DNA of 64,000 nucleotides from an uncultured Thiomicrospira sp. Lineage in GTDB: Bacteria > Pseudomonadota > Gammaproteobacteria > CAKMZV01. The translations under genes were made by a program, and so were the position numbers. Positions 1 through 10,747 of this stretch are shown here, piece by piece. Position 1 is the stretch's first letter, and each line of letters opens with the position of its first letter. The notes beneath the pieces were generated by a model that was not told the DNA's origin, searched no databases, and worked only from the letters and a program-made list of their open reading frames with translations. The DNA lies in NCBI GenBank assembly GCA_965195345.1, contig OZ239628.1:1344001-1408000 (forward strand), written 5' to 3'.

Positions 1-84
1 AGAGCCTTCTTTGAGAAAACAATCTCTGCCCTACTATTATTTATTTGGGTGGTGATGGTATATTCTATTATTCAAACTTTCTAA
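1..84 (+). CDS. sdhD: succinate dehydrogenase membrane anchor subunit, C-terminal fragment (truncated by window edge)
   Basis: Frame 1 reads [27 protein letters not shown], a hydrophobic helix ending 7 bp before sdhA; fits the usual sdhCDAB order. Confidence 0.6.
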   Translation, partial: RAFFEKTISALLLFIWVVMVYSIIQTF

Positions 85-91
85 CTACATT

Positions 92-1882
92 ATGAGCACA
101 TACGAGTATACCGAACACGAATACGATGTCGTCGTTATTGGGGCTGGCGGAGCAGGATTGCGCGCAACTATGGGCGTAGCAGAAAAAGGTTTTAAGACTG
201 CTTGCATTTCAAAGTTATTCCCTACTCGATCACATACCGTCGCGGCTCAAGGGGGCATTTCAGCAGCACTCAGCAATGTTGAAGATGACAAATGGCAGTA
301 CCATATGTACGATACTGTTAAAGGATCTGATTGGTTGGGCGATCAAGACGCCATAGAATTTATGTGTCGAAATGCTCCTCGAGCTGTCTATGAACTTGAG
401 CATTATGGCGTTCCTTTTTCCCGCACCGAAGAAGGGAAAATTTATCAACGTGCTTTTGGTGGGATGAGTACAAACTACGGAGAAAAACAAGCACACCGCA
501 CTTGCGCAGCTGCAGATCGAACAGGTCATGCTATCCTCCATGCTCTTTATCAACAATCTCTGCGTTTTAAAGCGGAATTTTTTATCGAACATTTTGCTAT
601 TGATCTATTAATGGACGAAACAGGAAGCTGTAGAGGTGTAGTAAGTACTAGTTTAATGGATGGAAGTATTCACGTATTTAAATGTCAACAAGTAATTCTC
701 GCTACAGGTGGTTACGGACGCAGTTACTTTTCGTGCACATCGGCACATTCTTGTACTGGCGATGGTGCTGGCATGGTCGCTCGCGCAGGACTTCCGTTGC
801 AAGATATGGAATTTGTTCAGTTTCATCCTACTGGCATTTACGGCTGTGGAGTACTCGTTAGCGAAGCCGTTCGAGGTGAAGGGGGCTATCTTACCAACAG
901 TGAAGGAGAACGTTTCATGGAACGCTATGCTCCAAGCGCTAAAGATCTTGCTTCACGTGACGTTGTTTCGCGCTCTATGACTCAGGAAATTATTGAAGGA
1001 CGCGGTGTAGGAGAAAAAGCAGACCACATGCACTTACACATACATCATCTTGATCACGATATTATTGAAGAGCGCCTTCCGGGCATTTCATCCCATGCTA
1101 AGGTTTTTGCAAATGTTGATGTGACCAAAGAACCAATACCTGTGCTACCAACCGTTCATTACAATATGGGTGGTATTCCTACTAACATCCATTGTGAAGT
1201 TATTTCCATGCTTAATGGTGATGTCAATCAAACGGTCAAAGGGCTGATGGCGATTGGCGAAGCAGCTTGTGTATCAGTACACGGTGCTAACCGATTGGGA
1301 TCAAATTCCCTACTCGATCTTGTTGTTTTTGGACTAGCAGCGGCTGAGCGTTGTGCTGAAACGCTTAAAGCAGGTGAAAAACTGCCACCTATTGAGCACA
1401 AAAAAGTGGATGAAATTTTAAATCGCTTTGACCGTATACGCCATTCACAAGGATCAACTACTCCATCAGAAGTACGCTCTGCCATGCAAGATAATATGCA
1501 AAAACATGCGGCTGTATTTCGTCGACAAGACCTATTGGACACAGGCTATGAGAACATGCTTGACATCTATAAAAGTTTTACCAACATAGGCATACAAGAT
1601 CGCTCATTAATTTGGAATTCTGATTTGATTGAAGCGCTTGAACTTGAAAACTTACTACTTTCCGCGGTGGCAACTGTCGGATCAGCAAAAGTCCGCACAG
1701 AAAGTCGTGGAGCACACGCACGTGAAGACTTTACTGATCGTAATGATGCAGATTGGATGAAGCACTCGATGTGTTGGGTCGACTTGAATAATGGCAATAC
1801 GACACTAGACTATCATCCAGTTAGACTCGAAACACTCACCAATGAAGTTGAAACATTTCCACCCAAGAAAAGGGTTTATTAA
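92..1882 (+). CDS. sdhA: succinate dehydrogenase flavoprotein subunit
   Basis: GAGGAG FAD motif, [10 protein letters not shown] covalent-FAD His, [23 protein letters not shown]. Confidence 0.98.
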   Translation: MSTYEYTEHEYDVVVIGAGGAGLRATMGVAEKGFKTACISKLFPTRSHTVAAQGGISAALSNVEDDKWQYHMYDTVKGSDWLGDQDAIEFMCRNAPRAVYELEHYGVPFSRTEEGKIYQRAFGGMSTNYGEKQAHRTCAAADRTGHAILHALYQQSLRFKAEFFIEHFAIDLLMDETGSCRGVVSTSLMDGSIHVFKCQQVILATGGYGRSYFSCTSAHSCTGDGAGMVARAGLPLQDMEFVQFHPTGIYGCGVLVSEAVRGEGGYLTNSEGERFMERYAPSAKDLASRDVVSRSMTQEIIEGRGVGEKADHMHLHIHHLDHDIIEERLPGISSHAKVFANVDVTKEPIPVLPTVHYNMGGIPTNIHCEVISMLNGDVNQTVKGLMAIGEAACVSVHGANRLGSNSLLDLVVFGLAAAERCAETLKAGEKLPPIEHKKVDEILNRFDRIRHSQGSTTPSEVRSAMQDNMQKHAAVFRRQDLLDTGYENMLDIYKSFTNIGIQDRSLIWNSDLIEALELENLLLSAVATVGSAKVRTESRGAHAREDFTDRNDADWMKHSMCWVDLNNGNTTLDYHPVRLETLTNEVETFPPKKRVY

Positions 1883-1900
1883 AAACGAAAAGGCAGAACT

Positions 1901-2692
1901 ATGGCTGAATTTTTTCTCGATTCCTCTTCCGTTGTTACGCAAGGCAAGCATTTATACGCTGGTCAAAAAGATGAAATGCAAAACCCCAAAACCTTTGCTG
2001 TTTATCGCTTTGATCCCGATCATAATAAAAACCCGAATATAACGCGATACACTGTTGATCTCGAAAAAACAGGGTCAAAAGTACTTGATGCACTTATATG
2101 GATTAAAGATAATCTGGATTCTTCTTTAACTTTTAGACGTTCGTGTCGCGAAGGCGTTTGCGGTTCTTGTGCAATGAACATTGGTGGTGTAAACACACTT
2201 GCATGTACTCTTCCCATCACCGAAGTAAAAGGAGAGATTCGCTTGTATCCTTTACCACACATGCCTGTGGTAAAAGATCTTGTGACCGATCTTCAGTCAT
2301 TTTACGATCATTATGCAGAGATTGAACCGTGGTTGCAAGCTGGTGATCTTCCATCAGATGGAAAAGAACGTTTACAATCACCCGAAGATCGCAAAAAACT
2401 TGATGGGATGTACGAGTGCATTTTATGTGCTTGTTGCTCAACATCATGTCCATCTTATTGGTGGAACCCTGATAAGTATTTGGGACCAGCAGCTTTGTTG
2501 CAAGCACATCGGTTTGTAAAAGACAGTCGAGATAAAGAAAAAGTAAAACGACTTACTTACCTTAATGATAAATTTCGACTTTACCGCTGTCATACCATAA
2601 TGAATTGCACCAACACATGTCCTAAAGGGTTAAATCCTGCCAAAGCCATTGCTGAATTGAAGCATGAAGTTGCTCAACTTGGCAATTTGTAG
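1901..2692 (+). CDS. sdhB: succinate dehydrogenase iron-sulfur subunit
   Basis: [34 protein letters not shown] Fe-S motifs. Confidence 0.98.
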   Translation: MAEFFLDSSSVVTQGKHLYAGQKDEMQNPKTFAVYRFDPDHNKNPNITRYTVDLEKTGSKVLDALIWIKDNLDSSLTFRRSCREGVCGSCAMNIGGVNTLACTLPITEVKGEIRLYPLPHMPVVKDLVTDLQSFYDHYAEIEPWLQAGDLPSDGKERLQSPEDRKKLDGMYECILCACCSTSCPSYWWNPDKYLGPAALLQAHRFVKDSRDKEKVKRLTYLNDKFRLYRCHTIMNCTNTCPKGLNPAKAIAELKHEVAQLGNL

Positions 2693-2748
2693 AATTATTA
2701 TGGCAACACTAGTCAATTCAAAATGAGTGATTTTCTTTTGAAGGTGAT

Positions 2749-3612
2749 GTGAATTATATAAAGCTGCTTTTATTAGCAGCCTTATGGGGGTCTTCTTTTT
2801 CTTTGATGAAAGTGAGTGTTCATGATTTCGATACCGCTCCACTCACCTTTCTTCGTGTTTTTATAGGCAGCCTTTTTCTATTACCTTTTGTTTTATATCG
2901 CAAAAATGTTGTAACGGACCCTAAAATCATATTGATAATCGCAGGTGTTGGATTACTAAGCTCAGCATTACCATTTGCTTTTCTCATACAAGCCAGTTAC
3001 TCTTTAAACTCTGGCTTGATCTCCATAATTAATGCAACAACTTTAGTATTTACTGCTTTCCTAGCGCACATTTGGTTAAAAGAAAAATTTACTATTGCTC
3101 AAAGCATTGGCTTAGTCGTTGCAATCGTCGGCTTGTATATACTCCTTTTTCATCGGATGTCATTCAAACCAGGTGGTGATGGATTTGCTATTGTTTTATG
3201 CCTTGCTGCCGCTCTAAGTTATGGCATCTCAAACTGTATCACCCGACGTTCGCTAAAAGGAATTGATCCCTTTTTCTTGGGTTTTACATGTTTATTCGTC
3301 GCCTCCCTATCATTACTCCCATTTGCTTGGCACTATTGGCCAGAAAATGATTTAACTGCAACAGCATGGATTCCACCGCTTGTCCTTGGTTGTTTCACTA
3401 CTGGATTAGCTGCTGTAATTCACTTTAATCTCATAAAAAACATTGGACCAAGCAAAGCATCATCTGTCACGTTATTGATCCCTTTTTTCGGAGTTATTTG
3501 GGGGATGATTTTTTTACAAGAAGTTTTACTTTGGCAGTCCATTGTTGGAGGACTGATCATATTGATAGGCGCTGCAGTTATAAATCAACTTATTTTTGCA
3601 AATAATAAATAA
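2749..3612 (+). CDS. DMT/EamA family transporter
   Basis: LWGSSF start, about 10 hydrophobic segments, two EamA-like repeats. Confidence 0.85.
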   Translation: MNYIKLLLLAALWGSSFSLMKVSVHDFDTAPLTFLRVFIGSLFLLPFVLYRKNVVTDPKIILIIAGVGLLSSALPFAFLIQASYSLNSGLISIINATTLVFTAFLAHIWLKEKFTIAQSIGLVVAIVGLYILLFHRMSFKPGGDGFAIVLCLAAALSYGISNCITRRSLKGIDPFFLGFTCLFVASLSLLPFAWHYWPENDLTATAWIPPLVLGCFTTGLAAVIHFNLIKNIGPSKASSVTLLIPFFGVIWGMIFLQEVLLWQSIVGGLIILIGAAVINQLIFANNK

Positions 3613-3689
3613 AGCAAAAACCACTGCCTACCAGTTCAATGTGTAGATATTCTCACACAATCAAGATTTATTCTAAATAATCTCGTCTG

Positions 3690-3703
3690 TGTTAGAATGC
3701 GCG
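3690..3703 (+). promoter_or_regulatory. probable extended -10 promoter of the rpsF operon with GC-rich discriminator
   Basis: TGT-TAGAAT-GCGCG about 90 bp upstream of rpsF, typical of stringently controlled r-protein promoters. Confidence 0.55.
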
Positions 3704-3704
3704 T

Positions 3705-3790
3705 CTAATTTCCCTTGCTCTACAATAAAACCCTGCCTGCCTATGTAGGTAGCAATATTGAGGGCTTTTTAAACCATAAGGAGTACTACT
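3705..3790 (+). ncRNA. possible S6:S18 ribosomal protein autoregulatory leader
   Basis: 5' UTR has a TTCCCTTG pyrimidine tract able to pair with the AAGGAG SD, plus an internal hairpin (GCCTATGTAGGT); position matches the known rpsF leader. Confidence 0.4.
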
Positions 3791-4171
3791 ATGCGACATT
3801 ACGAGATTTTGTTCATGGTGCACCCAGATCATAGCGAGCAAGTCCCGCAAATGGTCACTCGTTATCAACAGATTTTCACATCTGTAGGTGGCAAAGTGCA
3901 TCGATTAGAAGACTGGGGACGCCGCCAGCTGGCCTACCCAATAGAAAAAAAACTACACAAAGCACACTACATCCTCATGAATGTAGAAGCCAACCAAGAA
4001 GCTATTGATAGCTTGCAATCTGCATTTCGTTTTAACGATGTTATCATTAGACATTTGATAATCCAGCGTACGCATGCAATCACAGAACCTTCAGTCATCA
4101 AAAACCCACGTCAAAGTAACGAAGACGCTGAAACCACAAAGAAAGAAGGAGCACGGAATGAACAGAGGTAA
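3791..4171 (+). CDS. rpsF: 30S ribosomal protein S6
   Basis: [13 protein letters not shown]...[13 protein letters not shown]...FRFND. Confidence 0.97.
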   Translation: MRHYEILFMVHPDHSEQVPQMVTRYQQIFTSVGGKVHRLEDWGRRQLAYPIEKKLHKAHYILMNVEANQEAIDSLQSAFRFNDVIIRHLIIQRTHAITEPSVIKNPRQSNEDAETTKKEGARNEQR

Positions 4172-4385
4172 TAAACGTAGTAATTTGCGACATGACTCCA
4201 TTAATGAGCACGGTGCGGACTATAAAGATATTCAGTTGCTTAAAATGTTTTTAACTGAGACTGGCAAAATCGTTCCTGCACGAGTAACAGGTGTTACTGG
4301 CAAGCAGCAACGCCAACTAACACGTGCCATTAAACAAGCACGTCAGATGGCATTGTTATCTTATACGGATCAACACGCGATTTAA
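4158..4385 (+). CDS. rpsR: 30S ribosomal protein S18
   Basis: DYKD...[13 protein letters not shown]...[12 protein letters not shown]; start reassigned to ATG 4158 behind an AAGGAG SD. Confidence 0.93.
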   Translation: MNRGNKRSNLRHDSINEHGADYKDIQLLKMFLTETGKIVPARVTGVTGKQQRQLTRAIKQARQMALLSYTDQHAI

Positions 4386-4387
4386 CA

Positions 4388-5278
4388 ATGTTCAACTCCA
4401 TAGCACGACACACAATGGCTTCGCGTAGTAAAGCGTTTGTCATTGTGTGCTTGTTTGCTGTGTTGACTTTGTTTATCAAACCGTTAGGAATAATCGCAGG
4501 AGGCATCATTGCTTTAGCAACCTTTGCTATTAATCTCAATGCTGCCCTCATGCTTTCCTTCGCGTCAAGTGCCGCTGTTGGGTTCGCAAGCTTCTGGCTA
4601 ATAGAATCAACGTTTATCCACACAGCCATTTATCTGAGTATGTTTGTCATACCTGTAATTGTTGCATCGGTCCTTGTGCGATCTGGGTTATCACTGGATA
4701 AAGCGAGTCTGTCTATCGCTGGATGGATAATTGCACTTACTGTTTTAGCACAATTTTTATTGGGTGGTAGTCTTAGTGATTTTTGGCAAGTTAGACTTGA
4801 AGCGTTAATCTCACAGCTACAAGTTCCGTTGAGTGTAGAACAAATCGGAACATTATCGTTAACGCTTACTCCAATTTTGGGAGCTATGGCCTTCCTTTCA
4901 GCATTGTTAAGCTTTTTCTTGGGTTATCATTGGAAATCAGTTTTATCTGAAGAAGAAAGTTTTTCTACGCTATTTCGAAACATAAGCTTCGGTTCAAATG
5001 CGGCCATCGTTATGACCATTATTTTGGGGTTGGCATTTATAAATAATAATCTTGCATTTAACATCAGTGGTATCATTGGCGCTGTTTGTTTGGTACAAGG
5101 CATTGCTATCTTGCACTTTATAATGCATGTGCGCAAATGGAATCGTATTTGGTTATTTATCTTTTATTTTTTAGTGCTACTCATACCTGAAGCAATGTTG
5201 CTGTTGGCTTCATTGGGCTTAGTGGATAACTGGATAAATTTTAGAAAAAAGATAACACCAGCAATTACCCCAAAATAG
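4388..5278 (+). CDS. DUF2232/YybS-like integral membrane protein
   Basis: Multi-TM protein with QGIAILH and LGLVDNW motifs, in the conserved position between rpsR and rplI. Confidence 0.75.
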   Translation: MFNSIARHTMASRSKAFVIVCLFAVLTLFIKPLGIIAGGIIALATFAINLNAALMLSFASSAAVGFASFWLIESTFIHTAIYLSMFVIPVIVASVLVRSGLSLDKASLSIAGWIIALTVLAQFLLGGSLSDFWQVRLEALISQLQVPLSVEQIGTLSLTLTPILGAMAFLSALLSFFLGYHWKSVLSEEESFSTLFRNISFGSNAAIVMTIILGLAFINNNLAFNISGIIGAVCLVQGIAILHFIMHVRKWNRIWLFIFYFLVLLIPEAMLLLASLGLVDNWINFRKKITPAITPK

Positions 5279-5304
5279 TTATTAAATTTATTAGAGGATT
5301 TAGA

Positions 5305-5757
5305 ATGAAAATCATATTGTTAGAAAAAATAAAAAACCTTGGAAATCTCGGAGAAGTTGTAGAGGTTAAGCCCGGCTATGCTCGCAATTTTCTATTACCT
5401 AGTGGCAAAGCACAATCAGCCACTGAAAAAAACATCAAATCGGTAGAAGCTCGTAAAGCGGAACTTGCAGAAAAAGCCAATGACCAATTGGTGAAAGCTC
5501 AGATTATTGCCGATAAAGTTAATGGTTCTACAATAACCATCTTTAAGAAAGAATCTGGTGAAGGGAAAATTTTTGGTTCTGTGGCAAACACGGACATTCT
5601 TGAAGCTTTATCCACTGAGGGACACGAAATTGATAAACGTCAAATTCAATTAGACGCTTCTATACGTGCCTTGGGTGAATATAAAGTACGCTTATTATTG
5701 CATACTGATTTGACAGCTGAAATCAACGTAGTTGTTAGTGCTGAAAAAGAAGTGTAA
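5305..5757 (+). CDS. rplI: 50S ribosomal protein L9
   Basis: LGNLGEVVEVKPGYARNFLLP; GKIFGSV. Confidence 0.98.
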   Translation: MKIILLEKIKNLGNLGEVVEVKPGYARNFLLPSGKAQSATEKNIKSVEARKAELAEKANDQLVKAQIIADKVNGSTITIFKKESGEGKIFGSVANTDILEALSTEGHEIDKRQIQLDASIRALGEYKVRLLLHTDLTAEINVVVSAEKEV

Positions 5758-5782
5758 CACCTCGTTTATAAGATGAGGAGTC

Positions 5783-7207
5783 ATGGATTCAATCGATAAA
5801 GCCAGAGTTCCTCCGCATTCCATCGAAGCAGAACAATCCGTTATCGGTGGGATGCTCATTGATAATTCATCAGCCGATAGTGTCATTGGCTTCATCAATG
5901 CCGATAGTTTCTACCGTCGAGATCATCAACTGATTTTTAATGCTATTATTACGCTGGTATCTTCACAGCAAGCCGTAGACATAATCACATTAAGCGAATA
6001 TCTCGACCGTCAAAACATACTTGAACAAACTGGAGGCACCGCCTATCTTGCCGAGCTAAGTCACAATACACCTACTGCTGCCAATATTTTACGCTATGCA
6101 AGCATTGTTCGCGAACGATCACTTATGCGCGAGCTTATTAACGTCGGCACAGAGATTGCTAAATTAGGTTTTGAACCAGGCGAATTAGATTCAAGAGAGC
6201 TTACTGAAAAATCAGAGCAAATGGTTTTTCAATTAGCTGAACAGCAAATAAAGACCAGTAGTTTTCGCAATATGAAGGTTGTCCTCGACTCTTTGACCGA
6301 TACTCTTGAAGAACTTAGTAAAATTGAAGGAAATATAACAGGCGTACCTACAGGACTTATAGAGCTGGATAATATGACAGCAGGGCTACAAAAAGGCGAC
6401 CTTATTATTCTTGCAGGTCGCCCATCCATGGGTAAAACAACGTTGGCTATGAATGTTGTTGAATATGCCGCACGCTTTCATACAGTTGTGCTTGATGGTG
6501 AGAAAGCCGAACCAACATCTGCTGCTGTAGGCGTTTTCAGCATGGAAATGGATGCCGAGCAATTAGCGATGCGCTTAGTTTCTTCTATGGGATTGATACC
6601 TCTTAAGAACATTCGTTCTGGAAAAATTGATAATAAAGAATTTACGGATTATTTCAAAGCGGCAGGCACACTGAAAAAGACTCAAATTTTTATTGATGAT
6701 TCTTCGGGTTTAACTGCTTTTGAACTACGCGCACGCGCGCGCCGCCTTAAACGTGACAATCCAAACTTATCGCTTATCGTGGTTGATTACTTACAGCTCC
6801 TAAACAGCGCATCCTCTCGGGAAGAAAATAGGGCAACAGAAATAACCCAAATTTCTCGTTTACTTAAAGAAATGGCACGTGAATTAAATATTCCTGTAGT
6901 CGTATTGTCCCAGCTCAATCGTAGTGTTGAAAAACGTACTGATCGTCGCCCTATCATGTCTGATTTGCGTGAGTCAGGCTCTATTGAACAAGATGCAGAT
7001 GTTATTATGTTTGTGCATCGTGAAGAGGTATATGAACCCAAAAAAGAAGAGTTAAAAGGAGAGGCACTACTCATTGTTGCAAAGCAAAGGAATGGAGAAA
7101 TCGGTGACTTGAGATTGCGATTTGAAGGCAAATTTACGCGTTTTGATAATCCATCGGTTGACGATGCTCCTTTTCCACAAACAAGGGAATACTTCCCTGA
7201 TTTATGA
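5783..7207 (+). CDS. dnaB: replicative DNA helicase
   Basis: PPHSIEAEQSV, GRPSMGKT Walker A, VDYLQL, LSQLNR, SDLRESGSIEQDAD. Confidence 0.98.
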   Translation: MDSIDKARVPPHSIEAEQSVIGGMLIDNSSADSVIGFINADSFYRRDHQLIFNAIITLVSSQQAVDIITLSEYLDRQNILEQTGGTAYLAELSHNTPTAANILRYASIVRERSLMRELINVGTEIAKLGFEPGELDSRELTEKSEQMVFQLAEQQIKTSSFRNMKVVLDSLTDTLEELSKIEGNITGVPTGLIELDNMTAGLQKGDLIILAGRPSMGKTTLAMNVVEYAARFHTVVLDGEKAEPTSAAVGVFSMEMDAEQLAMRLVSSMGLIPLKNIRSGKIDNKEFTDYFKAAGTLKKTQIFIDDSSGLTAFELRARARRLKRDNPNLSLIVVDYLQLLNSASSREENRATEITQISRLLKEMARELNIPVVVLSQLNRSVEKRTDRRPIMSDLRESGSIEQDADVIMFVHREEVYEPKKEELKGEALLIVAKQRNGEIGDLRLRFEGKFTRFDNPSVDDAPFPQTREYFPDL

Positions 7208-7213
7208 TAAAAA

Positions 7214-8269
7214 ATGTCAATGTCGCAATTGAAAATCAATACTGCTGGGATCGTATACAACTATAAATTAGCCAAAAAATTTCATAATAACCAGCATGTT
7301 TATGCTGTCATTAAATCCAATGCATACGGGCATGGTTTACTTGAAATAGCAAATACTCTCAGAAAAGCCGATGGTCTTGCTGTGGCTCATATAGAAGAAG
7401 CCATAGCACTACGAAATAATAATTCTAAAATACCCATTGTTTTAATGCATGGCGTTCTCCAAGAAGATGAATGGGCAATTATTGATGAATTTCGATTAGA
7501 TTGTGTTATTCATAGTCAATGGCAATTTGAATGGATGGAAAAGCACCAATTCAAAAAGAAACCACGTTTGTGGTTGAAATCGAATACCGGCATGAATCGT
7601 CTCGGATTAGATTCAAAAAGCATTGTTACAATATTCAAAAAAACTGCGGATTTCCCACGTTTGATAATGAATCACTATGCGTGTGCAGATGACCCAGAAA
7701 ATCCTATGAATCATAACCAAGCGAATAAAATTAAAGCGATTGAAAAGCAATGCGACTATCCTTTAACATCATTTGCTAACTCTGCAACTGTCATTGCAAA
7801 TAAAAATCCGCTAGGTGATATCGCACGAGTTGGTATTATGCTATTTGGTCACAATCCTATACGAAATCATGTGCAATTAGCCAATGTCTCAACTTTTGAA
7901 GCACCCGTCATTGCAATACAAACAATAGAAAAAAATGATCGGGTTGGCTACGGTTCTTTGTGGAAAAATGATGAAAAAGGATATCTCGCCATCATACGTG
8001 CAGGCTACGCCGATGGCTATCCACAAACAATGCCTTCTGGAACTCCCGTATTCTGTAAAAACAAAAAGCATTTCATTGCAGGACGCACATCGATGGATTT
8101 AATAGCCATTTATCTTGGTCAAAATCAAACCAATGTTGATGTTGGAGATATGGTTGAACTTTGGGGAGAAAATATTCATATCGATGAAGCAGCTGACGCA
8201 GCGAACACTTCAGCTTATGAGTTATTTACTCGAATATCTCCAAGAGTCCAAAGGGTTTACTATTCTTGA
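7214..8269 (+). CDS. alr: alanine racemase
   Basis: AVIKSNAYGHG PLP lysine, NTGMNRLG, GYADG, GRTSMD; follows dnaB. Confidence 0.93.
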   Translation: MSMSQLKINTAGIVYNYKLAKKFHNNQHVYAVIKSNAYGHGLLEIANTLRKADGLAVAHIEEAIALRNNNSKIPIVLMHGVLQEDEWAIIDEFRLDCVIHSQWQFEWMEKHQFKKKPRLWLKSNTGMNRLGLDSKSIVTIFKKTADFPRLIMNHYACADDPENPMNHNQANKIKAIEKQCDYPLTSFANSATVIANKNPLGDIARVGIMLFGHNPIRNHVQLANVSTFEAPVIAIQTIEKNDRVGYGSLWKNDEKGYLAIIRAGYADGYPQTMPSGTPVFCKNKKHFIAGRTSMDLIAIYLGQNQTNVDVGDMVELWGENIHIDEAADAANTSAYELFTRISPRVQRVYYS

Positions 8270-8775
8270 TGCACGTGGTTATCAATTAAAAATTGTTTCA
8301 TTTGTTCCGATGTAAAGCGTTCCAAATAAATCACTGAATAACCCAATTCTATATAGTTTTTCCGCTCAGCGGGTGCCGACACTACTGTTTCCACATTTTC
8401 TTGATATTGAAATTCGTCAATGCCTTGCCAGTCAGAGGACACTGAACAAACATTTAAAGAAACGGATTTAAGCAAATTTTTTACTTTTTCCTTTAGTTTG
8501 GCATTTTCTGTCAATTGTTTAAGCTCACGCCCATGACTCAAGATAACCACATCAGAACCAGGAAATTTTTCTTTCAATGCAGTCACTTGATTTTCCACAT
8601 AAAAATACTTTTTAGTCCAAAAATCTGGATCATTGCTCTCAATATCTAAAATTATTCCATCAATATCCTCATTACTTTGCAATAATTCCACTACAGCAGG
8701 GTGTATATTAGAGGCATTGGCTGAAAAAACGAACATTGTCAGCACAAAAAATGTCTTGGTAAAAGTTTTTAACAT
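8260..8775 (-). CDS. exported DsrE/DsrF-like family protein
   Basis: Signal-peptide-like N-terminus (…VFSANA), VVILSHGRE, LNVC and ELGY motifs; start reassigned to ATG 8775. Confidence 0.55.
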   Translation of the reverse strand: MLKTFTKTFFVLTMFVFSANASNIHPAVVELLQSNEDIDGIILDIESNDPDFWTKKYFYVENQVTALKEKFPGSDVVILSHGRELKQLTENAKLKEKVKNLLKSVSLNVCSVSSDWQGIDEFQYQENVETVVSAPAERKNYIELGYSVIYLERFTSEQMKQFLIDNHVHQE

Positions 8776-8865
8776 CAGTCTTATATTTCGATTGTTGATT
8801 AGGATTATAAAAAAAACCATACGTACATTATTAATCATAATACGCTATTTACAAAAAAACAAGCA

Positions 8866-9441
8866 ATGCAATACAAAATAATTTCAAAGAAGAAATGTTA
8901 TCAAGGCTTTTTTTCTCTCAACAAATATCAATTGCAGCACCAAAGCTATGACGGCAGATGGACCGAAATGATTGAAAGAGAAGTGTTTGAGCGAGGGGAT
9001 GCTGTTTGTGTTCTCCCCTATGACCCACTTCTACAAACAGTGGTACTAATAGAACAGTTTCGTGCAGGTGCAATACATTCCAAAGACCCATGGCTTTTAG
9101 AAACAATTGCTGGAATGATTGCTGACGGTGAAGATACGAAACAAACAGCTTCTCGTGAGTTAAAAGAAGAATGCGGGTTAGACTCTTCTAACCTCTATTA
9201 TATTGGCCAATATTACTCCAGCCCAGGTGGCTGTAGTGAAAAACTATCTATCTATTGCGCTTTTGTTGACAGCACACAAGCGTTAGATTTCGCAGGTTTA
9301 GAAGAAGAAAATGAAGACATTCGTGTATTAAAATTATCCTTAAATGCCGTTCGAACAGCTCTTAAAGAAAACACTATTAAAGTTGCTCCAACTGCTTTAG
9401 CCTTATATTGGCTGCTTAACAACCATAACCGACTAATATAA
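8866..9441 (+). CDS. nudF: ADP-ribose pyrophosphatase (Nudix)
   Basis: REVFERGDAV, EQFR, Nudix box AG...RELKEECG, SSPGG. Confidence 0.88.
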   Translation: MQYKIISKKKCYQGFFSLNKYQLQHQSYDGRWTEMIEREVFERGDAVCVLPYDPLLQTVVLIEQFRAGAIHSKDPWLLETIAGMIADGEDTKQTASRELKEECGLDSSNLYYIGQYYSSPGGCSEKLSIYCAFVDSTQALDFAGLEEENEDIRVLKLSLNAVRTALKENTIKVAPTALALYWLLNNHNRLI

Positions 9442-9443
9442 TT

Positions 9444-10733
9444 ATGATTCCTTTAGCAGAGCGAGCACGCCCGCGTAGCATTGATGAAATAATTGGACAA
9501 GATCATTTAATCAGTCCAGGACAGCCTCTGCATCAAACCATCGTGCAAGGACACCCACACTCAATGATTTTATGGGGTCCTCCAGGTTCTGGAAAAACCA
9601 CCCTTGCTCGCCTGTTAGCAAATAACGAAAAGTGGGCATTTACACCCTTATCAGCAGTTCTCGATGGTGTGGCTCAAGTACGCAACGCTATAGAACAAGC
9701 CAAACAAAATAAAACGGGGCTGATGCCTCAAGAAACGGTTCTATTCATCGATGAAGTACATCGTTTCAACAAAGCACAACAAGATGCTTTCCTACCTCAT
9801 ATTGAAGACGGCACTGTTTTTTTTATTGGTGCAACCACTGAAAATCCCGCATTTGAGTTGAATAAAGCATTGCTTTCTCGTTGTCGAGTGTATCAGCTCA
9901 AAGCACTTAGAAAAGAAGATTTAGAAGTGCTCATTACACGCAGTACCCAATGGGTTAAAGAGCAGCACCCTAGTATTCAGTCCATCGATTTCAGCTTAAT
10001 AAAAAGTGCCCTATTGAACATAGCAAACGGCGATGCTCGCAAATTACTCAACACTATAGAGATCCTGTCTACGCAATTTAGTGACCAAGCGCATGTCAAG
10101 CCAACCGCAGAAGATCTTATAAAAATTCTCGACTCAAAAGTTCACGGTTTTGACAAGCAAGGAGATGACTACTACGATATGATTTCTGCAGTACATAAAT
10201 CCATTCGTGGCTCTGATCCTGATGCAGGACTATACTGGTACGTACGTATGGTTGAAGCAGGCTGTGATCCTCTGTACATTGCTCGTCGTTTACTGGCAAT
10301 TGCTTCTGAAGATATTGGGAATGCTGACCCACGTGCATTACCTTTGGCGATTTCAGCATGGCAGACCTATGAGCGTTTGGGTGCTGCTGAAGGGGAACGT
10401 GCCATTGCACACGCTATTATCTACTTAGCTTGCGCCCCTAAAAGCAATGCGGTTGATGTCGCTCTATCGCGTGCTCGTCACTGCGTACGTTCGAATCCCG
10501 ATTATCCAGTACCGCTACACATTCGCAATGCCCCAACTAAACTTGCTGAAGAACTTGAGCATGGAAAAAATTATCGCTACCCACATGCTGAGCCGAATGC
10601 TTTTTCTGCTGGTCAAACGTATTTGCCACCCAAGTTACTCGATAGCGTTTTTTATAGTCCCACTGATCGAGGTATGGAAAAACAAATTGCCGAAAAAATC
10701 CGATGGCTAAAAAATCTTAATCGCTCTGCATAG
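9444..10733 (+). CDS. rarA: replication-associated recombination protein A (MgsA/RarA AAA+ ATPase)
   Basis: PLAERARP, GPPGSGKT, DEVHRFNKAQQD, HKSIRGSDPDA, ASEDIG. Confidence 0.96.
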   Translation: MIPLAERARPRSIDEIIGQDHLISPGQPLHQTIVQGHPHSMILWGPPGSGKTTLARLLANNEKWAFTPLSAVLDGVAQVRNAIEQAKQNKTGLMPQETVLFIDEVHRFNKAQQDAFLPHIEDGTVFFIGATTENPAFELNKALLSRCRVYQLKALRKEDLEVLITRSTQWVKEQHPSIQSIDFSLIKSALLNIANGDARKLLNTIEILSTQFSDQAHVKPTAEDLIKILDSKVHGFDKQGDDYYDMISAVHKSIRGSDPDAGLYWYVRMVEAGCDPLYIARRLLAIASEDIGNADPRALPLAISAWQTYERLGAAEGERAIAHAIIYLACAPKSNAVDVALSRARHCVRSNPDYPVPLHIRNAPTKLAEELEHGKNYRYPHAEPNAFSAGQTYLPPKLLDSVFYSPTDRGMEKQIAEKIRWLKNLNRSA

Positions 10734-10747
10734 ACAACCCATTCTAC

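Noticed and set aside
5783-7207. Intein or large insertion in DnaB
   Set aside because: Length is normal (474 aa); only a short loop insertion after Walker A
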